Position numbers and translations under genes: made by a program
In this document: positions 1 through 9,311 of the stretch, in pieces
Layout of the letters: each line of letters starts with the position of its first letter
Position numbering within the stretch: the first letter of the stretch is position 1
Notes under the pieces: generated by a model
The model's input: the letters and a program-made list of their open reading frames with translations, nothing else
Databases searched by the model: none
What the model was told of the DNA's origin: nothing
NCBI GenBank assembly: GCA_039714595.1
Contig: JBDLJA010000005.1
Location: forward strand, 41,890 to 105,889
Length of the DNA stretch: 64,000 nt
DNA from: Thermodesulfobacteriota bacterium
GTDB taxonomy: Bacteria; Desulfobacterota; Desulfobulbia; Desulfobulbales; SURF-16
Reading direction: 5' to 3'

Positions 1-47
1 GCAAGAGCTGCGCCACCTGCCATAACGGTCCCTGACCAGAAATCAGC

Positions 48-1526
48 ATGGCAGGCTATGATTTTGATATCGGGGTGATCGGCGGCGGGGCCGCCGGTCT
101 TACCATCTGTTCCGGCGCGGCCCAGCTGGGGGCCAAGACCCTGCTGGTGGAAAAGGAGGAGGCGTTGGGCGGCGACTGCCTCCACTTCGGCTGCGTGCCC
201 TCCAAGACCCTGATCAAATCGGCCAAGATGTACCACGATATGGGGCGGGGAGCGGAGTTCGGCCTGCCGGAGGTGGCGCGGCCGCCGGTGGATTTTGACC
301 AGGTCCGCCAGCGCATCGCGGCGGTGATCGCCACCATCCAGGAACATGACTCTTTAGACCGCTTCCAGGGCTTGGGGGTCCAGGTCAAATTCGGTACGCC
401 CCGTTTCCGCGACGAGCATCAGCTGGAGCTGGCTGGACAGCTGATCACGGCCAAGAGCTGGGTGATAGCCACCGGCTCGTCGCCTGCCGCCCCCCCCTTC
501 CCCGGCCTGGACCAGACCCCCCACCTTACCAATAGAGAAATCTTTTCCCTCACTGAGCTGCCGACCAGCTTAATCGTCCTGGGCGGCGGCCCCATCGCCT
601 GTGAGATGGCCCAGGCCTTTGGCCGCCTGGGCAGTAAGGTCACCATCCTCCAGCGCTCAGAGCAGATCTTGAGCAAGGAAGACCCTGACATGGCCGCCAT
701 TGTCCAGACGGCCATGGCCCATGAGGGAATCACCATCGAACTGGGAACTGAGGTGGAGCGGGTCAGCGGCGATGGGGTGGGCTGCCAGGTGGAGTATCTT
801 GACCAGAATGGCCAGCGGAGGCAGGTGACCGGGGAAAAACTGCTGGTGGCCCTGGGCCGCTCGGCCAACACCACGGGCCTGGGGTTAGCAGGTATCGGCG
901 TTGAGCTGAGCAAAAAGGGTATCGTTGTGGACAGCCGGCTGCGTAGCAGCCAGCCCCATATCTTCGCCGCCGGGGACGTCACCGGCCGCCACCAGTTCAC
1001 CCACGCCGCCGGCTATGAGGGCGGCATCGTGGTGAGCAACGCCATCTTCCACCTGCCGCGCCACACCGACTACCGCTGGCTGCCCTGGGCCACCTACTGT
1101 GAGCCGGAGCTGGCCTCGGTGGGGATGAATGAAAAGGCGGCTGCTAAGGCGGGTATCGCCTGCCAGGTCTGGACCGAACCGTTCAGCGGTAACGACCGGG
1201 CCCTTTGCGAGGGGGCCGGGGCGGGGATGATCAAGATGATCCTCGACCATAAAGAACGTCCCCTGGGGGTGCAGATCGCCGGCCCCCGGGCCGGAGACCT
1301 CATCGGCCAGTGGGTCACGGCCTTAGGCGGCAAGGTGAAACTCTCCCGCCTCGCCTCCGCCATCCAGCCCTACCCCACCCTGGCCGAGATCAACAAACGG
1401 GTGGCCGGCAACTTCCTCTCCCCCAAGATTTTTTCCCCCACCATCAAGAAGGGGCTGAAATTTTTCTTTAATTATCACGGAGACTTGAAAGATGACACCC
1501 CTGATTCCCAGGGGGAAGAGCGCTAA
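48..1526 (+). CDS. Class I pyridine nucleotide-disulfide oxidoreductase (dihydrolipoamide dehydrogenase / mercuric reductase-like flavoprotein)
   Basis: 492-aa ORF. FAD fold GVIGGGAAG, redox-active disulfide motif GGDCLHFGCVPSK, second dinucleotide fold VLGGGPIACE. Confidence 0.85.
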   Translation: MAGYDFDIGVIGGGAAGLTICSGAAQLGAKTLLVEKEEALGGDCLHFGCVPSKTLIKSAKMYHDMGRGAEFGLPEVARPPVDFDQVRQRIAAVIATIQEHDSLDRFQGLGVQVKFGTPRFRDEHQLELAGQLITAKSWVIATGSSPAAPPFPGLDQTPHLTNREIFSLTELPTSLIVLGGGPIACEMAQAFGRLGSKVTILQRSEQILSKEDPDMAAIVQTAMAHEGITIELGTEVERVSGDGVGCQVEYLDQNGQRRQVTGEKLLVALGRSANTTGLGLAGIGVELSKKGIVVDSRLRSSQPHIFAAGDVTGRHQFTHAAGYEGGIVVSNAIFHLPRHTDYRWLPWATYCEPELASVGMNEKAAAKAGIACQVWTEPFSGNDRALCEGAGAGMIKMILDHKERPLGVQIAGPRAGDLIGQWVTALGGKVKLSRLASAIQPYPTLAEINKRVAGNFLSPKIFSPTIKKGLKFFFNYHGDLKDDTPDSQGEER

Positions 1527-1629
1527 GGGCCAGACAGCCTGAATTTTACAATAACCAGCGAATCAGCCATACTGACTTAAGAGATCCAGCGCCGCTCACT
1601 CCCCATCACCAACCTCCACCATCCACGCC

Positions 1630-3291
1630 ATGAACGCCGCCGAACTTTTCATAAGATGTCTGGAGAACGAAGGGGTTGAGTATATCTTCGGGGTTCCAGG
1701 GGAGGAGAACGCCCACTTCCTCATCGCCCTGGAGGATTCCCCCATCCGTTTCATCCTCTGCCGCCATGAGCAGGGGGCCGCCTTCATGGCCGACGTCTAC
1801 GGCCGTCTCTCCGGCCGGCCCGGGGTCTGCCTGGCCACCCTGGGCCCGGGCGCCACCAACCTGGTCTCCGGGGTGGCGGACGCCAATATGGACCGGGCGC
1901 CCCTCATCGCCATCACCGGCCAGGCGGACAGCCGCCGCCAGCACAAGGAGAGCCACCAGTACATGAACGTGGTGGCCATGTTCGAGCCGATAACCAAGTG
2001 GACCCAGGCCATCATCCACCCGGACAACATCCCCGAGGTGGTGCGCAAGGCGTTCAAGCTGGCCACCCAGGAAAAACCAGGGGCCTGCCACATCGAGCTG
2101 GCCGACGACATCGCCGCCTTTCCGGCCAGCGGCAAGCCCATGCCGGTGATAAAGACCCGGCGCCCCAGCCCGGTGCCGGAGCTGATAGAGGAGGCGGTGG
2201 GACTGATCAGCCAGGCCAAGAAACCGGTGATCCTGGCCGGCAACGGCGTTATCCGCCAGGGGGCCGCCGAACAGCTCCTGGCCTTGGCCGAACGCTCCCG
2301 CATCGGGGTGATAAATACCTTCATGGGCAAGGGCACCGTGCCCCGCCAGTCAGAACACTGCCTCTTCACCATCGGCCTCCAGTCCCACGATCACATCCTC
2401 TGCTGCCTGCAGCGGGCCGACCTGATCATCACCATCGGCTATGACCTGGTGGAATACGCCCCCAACCTCTGGGGCCGGCCCCTCACTGAAAAAAATGGCC
2501 AGAAGATCATCCATATCGACTGCAGCCCGGCCGAGATTGACGAGCACTACCAGGTGGACCTGGAGATTGTCGGCAACATGGGCCGCGCCCTCACCGACCT
2601 GCACCAGGCCCTGGGCCAAGATCACCGGCCGAACCACTCGGAGGAGTACAGAGACGCCATCCGCGAACGACAGCTGGCCGATTTTGCCGCCCACAAGGAC
2701 GATGAGACCCGTGGCACCATCCGGCCCCAGAAGGTGCTGTGGGACGTACGGCTGGCCATGGGGCCTGACGATATCGTCTTAAGCGACGTGGGGGCCCATA
2801 AGATGTGGGTGGCCCGCTACTACCAGTGCGACCGGCCCAACACCTGCCTCATCTCCAACGGCTTCTGCTCCATGGGCTTTGCCCTGCCCGGGGCCATCGG
2901 CGCCAAGCTTCTCCATCCGGAGCGCCAGGTGATGGCCATCTGCGGCGATGGCGGCTTCATGATGAACGTCCAGGAGCTGGAGACCGCCCGCCGCCTGGGG
3001 GCCAATATCATCGTCATGATCTGGGAGGATAAGGGCTACGGCCTCATCGAGTGGAAGCAGCTGAACAACTTTGGCCGCCACAGCGAGCTCTCCTTCAACA
3101 ACCCCGACTTCGTCCAGCTGGCCCAATCCTTTGACTGTAACGGCATCCGGGTCAGCGACTGCCAGGAACTGCGGCCCGCCCTGGAGGAGGCCAAGGGGGC
3201 GAATCGCCCCACGGTGATCGCGGTGAACATCGACTACCGGGAAAACCTGATCCTGAGCCAGAAGCTGGGGGAGATCTCCTGTCCGATCTGA
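1630..3291 (+). CDS. Thiamine-diphosphate enzyme, acetolactate synthase large-subunit-like
   Basis: 553-aa ORF. N-terminal ...EGVEYIFGVPGEEN..., TPP-binding motif GDGGFMMNVQELETA...N near the C-terminus. Confidence 0.85.
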   Translation: MNAAELFIRCLENEGVEYIFGVPGEENAHFLIALEDSPIRFILCRHEQGAAFMADVYGRLSGRPGVCLATLGPGATNLVSGVADANMDRAPLIAITGQADSRRQHKESHQYMNVVAMFEPITKWTQAIIHPDNIPEVVRKAFKLATQEKPGACHIELADDIAAFPASGKPMPVIKTRRPSPVPELIEEAVGLISQAKKPVILAGNGVIRQGAAEQLLALAERSRIGVINTFMGKGTVPRQSEHCLFTIGLQSHDHILCCLQRADLIITIGYDLVEYAPNLWGRPLTEKNGQKIIHIDCSPAEIDEHYQVDLEIVGNMGRALTDLHQALGQDHRPNHSEEYRDAIRERQLADFAAHKDDETRGTIRPQKVLWDVRLAMGPDDIVLSDVGAHKMWVARYYQCDRPNTCLISNGFCSMGFALPGAIGAKLLHPERQVMAICGDGGFMMNVQELETARRLGANIIVMIWEDKGYGLIEWKQLNNFGRHSELSFNNPDFVQLAQSFDCNGIRVSDCQELRPALEEAKGANRPTVIAVNIDYRENLILSQKLGEISCPI

Positions 3292-3374
3292 GCGATGGTT
3301 AAGCTTAGCTCAATGGAGCAGGGTCCAGCCAACTAATGGGGTCTCTTAAAAAAGTTAAAAAGCTCTGCTTCCTA

Positions 3375-3443
3375 CCGCCAAGGCGCAAAGTTTTTTTCCA
3401 ACAATACAAGTGGTTATCTTTGCGACTTGGCGTCTTTGCGGTT
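3375..3443. repeat. CGCAAAG-type structured intergenic repeat (hairpin)
   Basis: ccgccaaggcgcaaag (3375-3390) pairs 14/15 with ctttgcgacttggcg (3418-3432) across a 27-nt AT-rich loop, followed by tctttgcggtt. The reverse complement shares AACCGCAAAGACGC..AG.CGCAAAG with 42872-42897. Confidence 0.5.
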
Positions 3444-3525
3444 TACAGAGCAACTGACTAAACCATTGAGCCCAATATTCACACCCAAATTTCCCGGCAA
3501 GCAACCCCAATAGACCGATAAAAAA

Positions 3526-4959
3526 ATGGCGCCAAAAAAACATCCCTACTACCTGGCCAACGAACCAATCTTTGCCAATGCCGACCTGCCCGTCTTCGAC
3601 AAGTTCAGTGGCAATCTGGCCTATGAGGTGGCCATGGCCGACGAGGCTGCCATCCATCAGGCCATTGACCGAGCCGTGGAGGCCGAAGGGGCCATGGCCG
3701 CCCTCCCCCCTTACCGGCGCCAGGCGGTGCTGGAGCATTGCGTGGAGCGCTTTAGCCAGCGGGCCGAAGAGCTGGCGAAAGCCCTCTGCGTTGAGGCGGG
3801 CAAGCCGATCCGTGACAGCCGGGGTGAGGTGGAGCGCCTCATCGAGACCTTCAAGATCGCGGCCGAGGAAGCGGTGCGCGTTCCCGGTGACTTCGAGAAC
3901 CTGGGCCGCAGCCCCCGGACCAGCGGCTACCTGGCCCTGACCAAGCAGGTGCCGGTGGGGGCCTGCTCCTTCATCTCGCCCTTCAACTTTCCCCTGAACC
4001 TGGCGGCCCACAAGGTGGCGCCGGCCATTGCCAGCGGCTGCCCCTTTCTCCTCAAACCGGCGTCGCTGACCCCCATCGGCGCCCTGATCATCGGCGAGGT
4101 GCTGGCCGAGACCGACCTGCCGAAAGGCGCCTTTTCCATCCTGCCCTGCCACCGGGAGGGGGCCCGCCTCTTCTCCGAGGACGAAAGGCTGAAGCTCCTC
4201 TCCTTCACCGGCTCGCCCGAGGTGGGCTGGGCTTTGAAGGAGAGGGCCGGCAAAAAGAGAGTGGTATTGGAGCTGGGCGGCAACGCCGCCTGCATCGTCG
4301 ACCGGGACGCCGACATAGCCCAGGCGGTGGAGCGGATAATCATCGGCGCCTTCTACCAGTCGGGCCAGAGCTGCATCGGCATCCAGCGCATCCTGGTCCA
4401 TCAGGAGATCTACGCGGAGTTCAAGGAGAAGATGCTCTTTGCCACCCGGGCCCTGATCAGCGGCGATCCCCGGGAGGAAAAGACCTTCATCGGCCCCATG
4501 ATCAGCGAAAGGGAGGCGATCCGCCTTACGGAGTGGCTGGCCGAGGCGAAGGAAGGCGGCGGCCGCATCCTGTGCGGCGGTGAGCGGGACGGCGCTATGC
4601 TTACGGCCACTTTAGTGGAAAACGCGCCGCGAAGCTGCCGCCTCAACCAGGAGGAGGCGTTCGGCCCGGTGGCCACCCTCTCCCCCTTCAGCGATTTCAA
4701 CCAGGCCCTGACCCAGGTTAACGACAGCCGCTTCGGCCTGCAGACCGGCATCTTCACCCGCGACATCCAGCACGCCCTCACGGCCTGGGACCAGTTAGAG
4801 GTGGGCGGGGTGATCATCGGCGACATCCCCTCCTGGCGGGCGGACCAGATGCCGTACGGCGGGGTGAAGGACTCGGGCCTGGGCCGGGAGGGGATAAAAA
4901 ACGCCATGGCCGACATGAGCGAACCACGGATCATGGTGATCCGCCAACAACCGGGATAA
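3526..4959 (+). CDS. NAD(P)-dependent aldehyde dehydrogenase family protein
   Basis: 477-aa ORF. ALDH motifs ELGGNA and catalytic-Cys region FYQSGQSCIG; start is 4 nt before the next gene. Confidence 0.85.
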   Translation: MAPKKHPYYLANEPIFANADLPVFDKFSGNLAYEVAMADEAAIHQAIDRAVEAEGAMAALPPYRRQAVLEHCVERFSQRAEELAKALCVEAGKPIRDSRGEVERLIETFKIAAEEAVRVPGDFENLGRSPRTSGYLALTKQVPVGACSFISPFNFPLNLAAHKVAPAIASGCPFLLKPASLTPIGALIIGEVLAETDLPKGAFSILPCHREGARLFSEDERLKLLSFTGSPEVGWALKERAGKKRVVLELGGNAACIVDRDADIAQAVERIIIGAFYQSGQSCIGIQRILVHQEIYAEFKEKMLFATRALISGDPREEKTFIGPMISEREAIRLTEWLAEAKEGGGRILCGGERDGAMLTATLVENAPRSCRLNQEEAFGPVATLSPFSDFNQALTQVNDSRFGLQTGIFTRDIQHALTAWDQLEVGGVIIGDIPSWRADQMPYGGVKDSGLGREGIKNAMADMSEPRIMVIRQQPG

Positions 4960-4963
4960 AGAA

Positions 4964-6148
4964 ATGACCAAGAAACTACTCCTCATCGGCGGCGGCCACG
5001 CCCACCTCACCACCCTGGCCCGCATCAGGGCCATCAGAGCGATGGGCCACGAGGTTACCGTGGTGGCGCCCTCCCCCTATCATTACTACTCGGGCATGGG
5101 CCCCGGCCTGCTGGGCACAACTTACTCCGCCAGCGCCATCCGCTTTGCCACCCAAAAAACGGTGGCGGCCCAGGGCGGCGAATTCATCCTGGACACGGCC
5201 GTGAACATCGACGGGGCAAGCCGCCAGGTAGAGCTGGCCTCAGGCAAGAGTATCTCCTACGACGTCCTCTCCTGCAATGTGGGTTCCCAGGTGGACCGCA
5301 GCCTGATCCATGAGCCAAAGGCACGCGACATCTTCACCGTCAAACCCATTGCCAACCTCCTGGCCGCCCAGCAGCGCATCGTCAGCCGGGCCAAGGCGGG
5401 AGCCAGCCAGGTGAGTATCGTCGGCGGCGGCCCCTCGGCCGCTGAGCTGGCGGGCAACGTGCTGCAACTCACCGCGGCCCATGGCCTCACCACCCCCACG
5501 GTGCAGATCTACTGCCGGAGCAAATTTATGGCCAAGGCGCCGCTGGTGGTCCGCCGTCTGGCCCGCCGCTCCCTGACCAGGCGCGGGGTGCGCATCAAGG
5601 AGAAGTCAGCGGTAACCGGCCTGGGCCAGGGGATGATCCAGCTGGCGGGGGGCAGGGAAGAAAGTGCCGATGTCATCCTCCTCGCCTCCGGGGTCAAACC
5701 GCCCCCCATCTTCCATCAGTCAAACCTGCTCTGCGGGCCCGACTCCGGCCTGGCGGTGAACCGCTATCTCCAATCCCCCCAATATCCGGAGATATTTGGC
5801 GGCGGCGACTGCATCCACTTTCAAGAGCGTCCCCTGGACAAGGTGGGGGTGTACGCGGTGCGCCAGAATCAGGTGCTGGCCCGCAATCTTGTCGCCAGCC
5901 TGAACGAAGAGCCCCTCAAACCATTCCGCCCCCGGGGGGGCTATCTCCTCATCTATAACCTGGGCCAGGGCTTAGGCCTGCTCCACAAGGGTATCTTCAC
6001 CTGGCATGGCCGCCTGGCCTTCCGCCTCAAGGACCGTATAGACCGGCGCTTCATGGCCCGCTTCCAGGAGACCGGGCAACCAGAGAAAACAAATAGCCGG
6101 GCAATGTCAGATTTATCTAAGCAACTCCACAAATTTCCAGAGGGGTAA
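4964..6148 (+). CDS. NAD(P)/FAD-dependent oxidoreductase (NDH-2 / pyridine nucleotide-disulfide oxidoreductase-like)
   Basis: 394-aa ORF. N-terminal KLLLIGGGHAH...YSGMGPG and second fold VSIVGGGPSAAE. Confidence 0.75.
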   Translation: MTKKLLLIGGGHAHLTTLARIRAIRAMGHEVTVVAPSPYHYYSGMGPGLLGTTYSASAIRFATQKTVAAQGGEFILDTAVNIDGASRQVELASGKSISYDVLSCNVGSQVDRSLIHEPKARDIFTVKPIANLLAAQQRIVSRAKAGASQVSIVGGGPSAAELAGNVLQLTAAHGLTTPTVQIYCRSKFMAKAPLVVRRLARRSLTRRGVRIKEKSAVTGLGQGMIQLAGGREESADVILLASGVKPPPIFHQSNLLCGPDSGLAVNRYLQSPQYPEIFGGGDCIHFQERPLDKVGVYAVRQNQVLARNLVASLNEEPLKPFRPRGGYLLIYNLGQGLGLLHKGIFTWHGRLAFRLKDRIDRRFMARFQETGQPEKTNSRAMSDLSKQLHKFPEG

Positions 6149-6395
6149 AGGCAGGCTAGCACCATGAGCGCCGAAAATGGCCAGCGGCGGCGGCGAGACA
6201 GCGGAAAAAATCCAGGCCCAGCTCAAGGATATCCCAAAAAAGCTGAGCCGCAACGAGCAGGCGGCCACAGCCTTCATGATCAATGGCCGCCCTGCGCGGT
6301 GAGGCAGGTTAAAGCGGTCAACAGATAACCCTTCTGGCCACCTGCCCCAGGCCATTCACCATCTTTATTATTTTCAGCACATCCTATCCCTGTTT

Positions 6396-6560
6396 CTAAA
6401 ATTGGCCCGGTTTGAAGTTCGCCTCCAGCTTTGTCCCCTTATAGATCAGCTCAAAGGCCGTATTGCCGTTAAGCTTCTTCGTGGGCCCATGGAAACGGAC
6501 CAGAGAGAGAACCTCTCCTGGCAAGTCTCTGCCCCAAAAAAAGAGGGCCAGAGCCGCCAT
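6396..6560 (-). CDS. Possible small hypothetical protein (54 aa)
   Basis: ATG at 6560, TAG at 6396-6398, below the size cutoff of the ORF track. Translation MAALALFFWGRDLPGEVLSLVRFHGPTKKLNGNTAFELIYKGTKLEANFKPGQF looks more protein-like than the overlapping + strand ORFs. No clear RBS. Confidence 0.2.
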   Translation of the reverse strand: MAALALFFWGRDLPGEVLSLVRFHGPTKKLNGNTAFELIYKGTKLEANFKPGQF

Positions 6561-6634
6561 AAACCTTGGGGCGAATCGGGGAGATGGGAAGAGAAAATGT
6601 TGCTGGCATTTTCAGCCAGGAGGGGAGGGGAATT

Positions 6635-7609
6635 TTAGAGCCAGTTCTGGTCCCGGCAGGCGGCCAGGGTCAGCTGGGCCAACCCTTTGATGAAATCGGG
6701 ATCGCAGTTGAGAGATTGAGTCCGATGCAGGGTGAGGCCCAGTTCCCGGGCCAGCTCCCCATACTCGATATCGATCTCATAGAGGGTCTCCACATGGTCG
6801 GAGACAAAGCTGATGGGCAGCATCACCACCTCCTTGATCCCCTGGCGGGCCAGATCCCGCAAGGTGTCGGGAGTGGAGGGCTCAAGCCAGCGCACCGGTC
6901 CGGAGCGGCTCTGGAAGCAGAGGTGGCCGCGGATGGGGAGACGCGCCTCCAGGGCGGCGATGGTCCGGGCCAGATGGTCCAGATACGGGTCGCCTCCCTC
7001 AATGAGCTTCACCGGTAGGCTGTGGGCGCTGTAGACCAGGGCCGGCTCGCCAAGGCACTGCTCCAACTGCTGCCGCACCGAACGGACCAGGGCCGTGATG
7101 TAATCGGGCTGCTCGGGCCAGGCCGCAACTTCAGCGATGGCGAAGTCGTGCTCCATCATCTCGGCCTGGGCCTTCAAGTCCGTTAGGGAGGAGCCGCTGG
7201 TGGCCTTGGAGTAGTGGGGGTAGAGGGTGAGGGCGATTATTTTCTCCACCCCGGCAGCGGCCATCTCCATAAGGGCCGCTTTGGCATCGGGCTGCCAGTA
7301 GCGCATGGCCATCACCACCCGGAAATCGGCCTGGGAAGAGAGTTCCTGCGCCAGGGCCTGGCCCTGCTCACCGGTGATCCGGGCCAAGGGCGAGCCGCCG
7401 CCGATCTGCCGGTAGGCGGCCCGGCTCTTGGGGGCCCGCTTGCGGGCGATGAAACGGGCTATGGGGCGTTGGAGGAAGGGAAAGGGGGAGAGACGGATGA
7501 TCTGCCGGTCGGAGAAGAGCTTAACGAGAAAGGGCTCCACATCGGCCAGCCTCTCAGGCCCGCCCAGGTTAAGGAGGATGACGCCGATCTTCTCTCCCGC
7601 CCCGGCCAT
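6635..7609 (-). CDS. hemH: Ferrochelatase
   Basis: 324-aa ORF with ferrochelatase signatures: GVILLNLGGP, ...YPHYS..., HSLP, SFVSDHVETL. Confidence 0.9.
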   Translation of the reverse strand: MAGAGEKIGVILLNLGGPERLADVEPFLVKLFSDRQIIRLSPFPFLQRPIARFIARKRAPKSRAAYRQIGGGSPLARITGEQGQALAQELSSQADFRVVMAMRYWQPDAKAALMEMAAAGVEKIIALTLYPHYSKATSGSSLTDLKAQAEMMEHDFAIAEVAAWPEQPDYITALVRSVRQQLEQCLGEPALVYSAHSLPVKLIEGGDPYLDHLARTIAALEARLPIRGHLCFQSRSGPVRWLEPSTPDTLRDLARQGIKEVVMLPISFVSDHVETLYEIDIEYGELARELGLTLHRTQSLNCDPDFIKGLAQLTLAACRDQNWL

Positions 7610-8166
7610 TAGAGGAGCGCCTCCTCGGCCGCCGCCAGCCTGGCAACGACAGAGTCGGCCGCAAAGGGCAGATGAGAAAAAATCCGCTCCTCCAAGTCAC
7701 AGCACTTCACAAAATTCTCCCTGATATGGGCCAGGTAATCGAGATTGCCCTGGGCATAACGCTCCTCGATATAGAGCCGCCGCTCTTGCAAAGAAACAAC
7801 CTCATCGTGGCGCACCCGCTTGTCGGCGTAGTAGACCAGGGCCACCGGAGAAAGCGGGGCGGCAAAATCATCTAAGACCACATGCTGGGCGACAATATCC
7901 GCCACCCGGGCCATACCGTGCTCCAGGCAGATATCCCGGCCGTGCTGGGCGTGGCGACAGCTGCCGTCGAGACAGATGGTCTTGGCAATGTCATGGAGCA
8001 GGGCCCCGGCCACAACCAGCTGCCGCTCAAACTTTAGCCCCGCAGAGGCGAGGGCGTCAGAAAGGAGCAGGGCCACCCGGGCCACCATGATGGAGTGGTC
8101 GCGGATATTGGCCAACATCCCGTACTGGGCCATCAGGGCCTCGCACTGACCACGGTCCGGGATCAT
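7609..8166 (-). CDS. HD-domain phosphohydrolase-like protein
   Basis: 185-aa ORF with an H...HD motif (ALLHDIAK). Overlaps the hemE stop by 4 nt and the hemH start by 1 nt. Confidence 0.75.
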   Translation of the reverse strand: MIPDRGQCEALMAQYGMLANIRDHSIMVARVALLLSDALASAGLKFERQLVVAGALLHDIAKTICLDGSCRHAQHGRDICLEHGMARVADIVAQHVVLDDFAAPLSPVALVYYADKRVRHDEVVSLQERRLYIEERYAQGNLDYLAHIRENFVKCCDLEERIFSHLPFAADSVVARLAAAEEALL

Positions 8167-9200
8167 GGCTTGGCGCGCAGCTCCCGGGAGACCCGCTGCA
8201 CCGTCTCCACCACAAATTTCGCCTTCTCCGGCGGGGTCTGGGGGACAATGCCGTGGCCCAGGTTGAAGATATGGCCCTTGGCGGCGAGACCCCGCTGGAC
8301 AATACTCCTGATCCGGGCCTCCAGCTTCTCCTCGGGCAGGAGCAGGGCAATGGGGTCCAGGTTGCCCTGGATACTGATATCAGGGCCAAAGGCGTCAATG
8401 GCGGTGGGGATGTCCACCCGCCAGTCCAGCCCCAGGACATCGGCCCCGCTGGTCTTGGTGAGGTCCAGGAGAGCGGCGCAGTTATTGGCAAAGTAGATCA
8501 GCGGCACCCCGGCCGGCTTCAGGGCAGAAATTATATCCTGCACGTAAGGCAGGGCGTATTCGGCATAGTCGGAGGCGGCCAGGGCCCCGGCCCAGGAGTC
8601 AAAGACCTGGAGGGCCTGGGCCCCCGCCTCTACCTGGGCCTGGAGATAGGAGATGGTGGCCCTGGTGATCTTTTTCATGAGGCCGTGGTAGAGATCCGGG
8701 GCCTCATACATCATCTTCTTGGTGTTAAAGAAATTTTTGGAGGAGCCGCCCTCGATCATATAGGTGGAGAGGGTAAAGGGCGCCCCGGAGAAGCCGATCA
8801 GCGGCACCTGTAACTCGCCGCGGAGGATCTTAATGGTCTCCAGGACGTAGCCTAAACTCTCCACCGGGTCCGGGTCACGCAACCGGTCAAGGTCGGCCTG
8901 AGAACGCACCGGGTTGGCCAAGATGGGCCCCTGCTTCTCCTTGAAGGTGAGATCCATGCCCATGGCATCCGGGGTAACGAGGATATCGGAGAAGAGGATG
9001 GCGGCGTCAACGCCTAAGATATCCACCGGCTGCAGGGTAACCTCCGCCGCCTTCTCCGGGGTCTTGCACAGCTCCAGAAAGCTCATCTTACTGCGGACCT
9101 TGTGGTAGTCAGGCAGGTAACGGCCGGCCTGACGCATGATCCAGATGGGGGTGTATTCGGTCTTCTCGCCTCGGCAGGCTTTTAGGAAGGTATCGTTCAT
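8163..9200 (-). CDS. hemE: Uroporphyrinogen decarboxylase
   Basis: 345-aa ORF; N-terminal ...PIWIMRQAGRYLPDY... is the HemE signature. Confidence 0.92.
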   Translation of the reverse strand: MNDTFLKACRGEKTEYTPIWIMRQAGRYLPDYHKVRSKMSFLELCKTPEKAAEVTLQPVDILGVDAAILFSDILVTPDAMGMDLTFKEKQGPILANPVRSQADLDRLRDPDPVESLGYVLETIKILRGELQVPLIGFSGAPFTLSTYMIEGGSSKNFFNTKKMMYEAPDLYHGLMKKITRATISYLQAQVEAGAQALQVFDSWAGALAASDYAEYALPYVQDIISALKPAGVPLIYFANNCAALLDLTKTSGADVLGLDWRVDIPTAIDAFGPDISIQGNLDPIALLLPEEKLEARIRSIVQRGLAAKGHIFNLGHGIVPQTPPEKAKFVVETVQRVSRELRAKP

Positions 9201-9311
9201 TTTTTTATGTTTTTTTTTAAGTTTATTTTAGGTTGGTCGATTGGCCCAGCCAGTGTTGCTCCAGGGGATGAGAAAAGGGGGGTACGAAAGAAAACCCCGT
9301 AAATCTCAACC

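Noticed and set aside
6177-6302. 41-aa ORF (MASGGGETAEKIQAQLKDIPKKLSRNEQAATAFMINGRPAR) after the NDH-2-like gene.
   Set aside because: Third-position GC is coding-like, but there is no Shine-Dalgarno sequence, no known motif, and it overlaps other equally short candidates. Evidence is insufficient.
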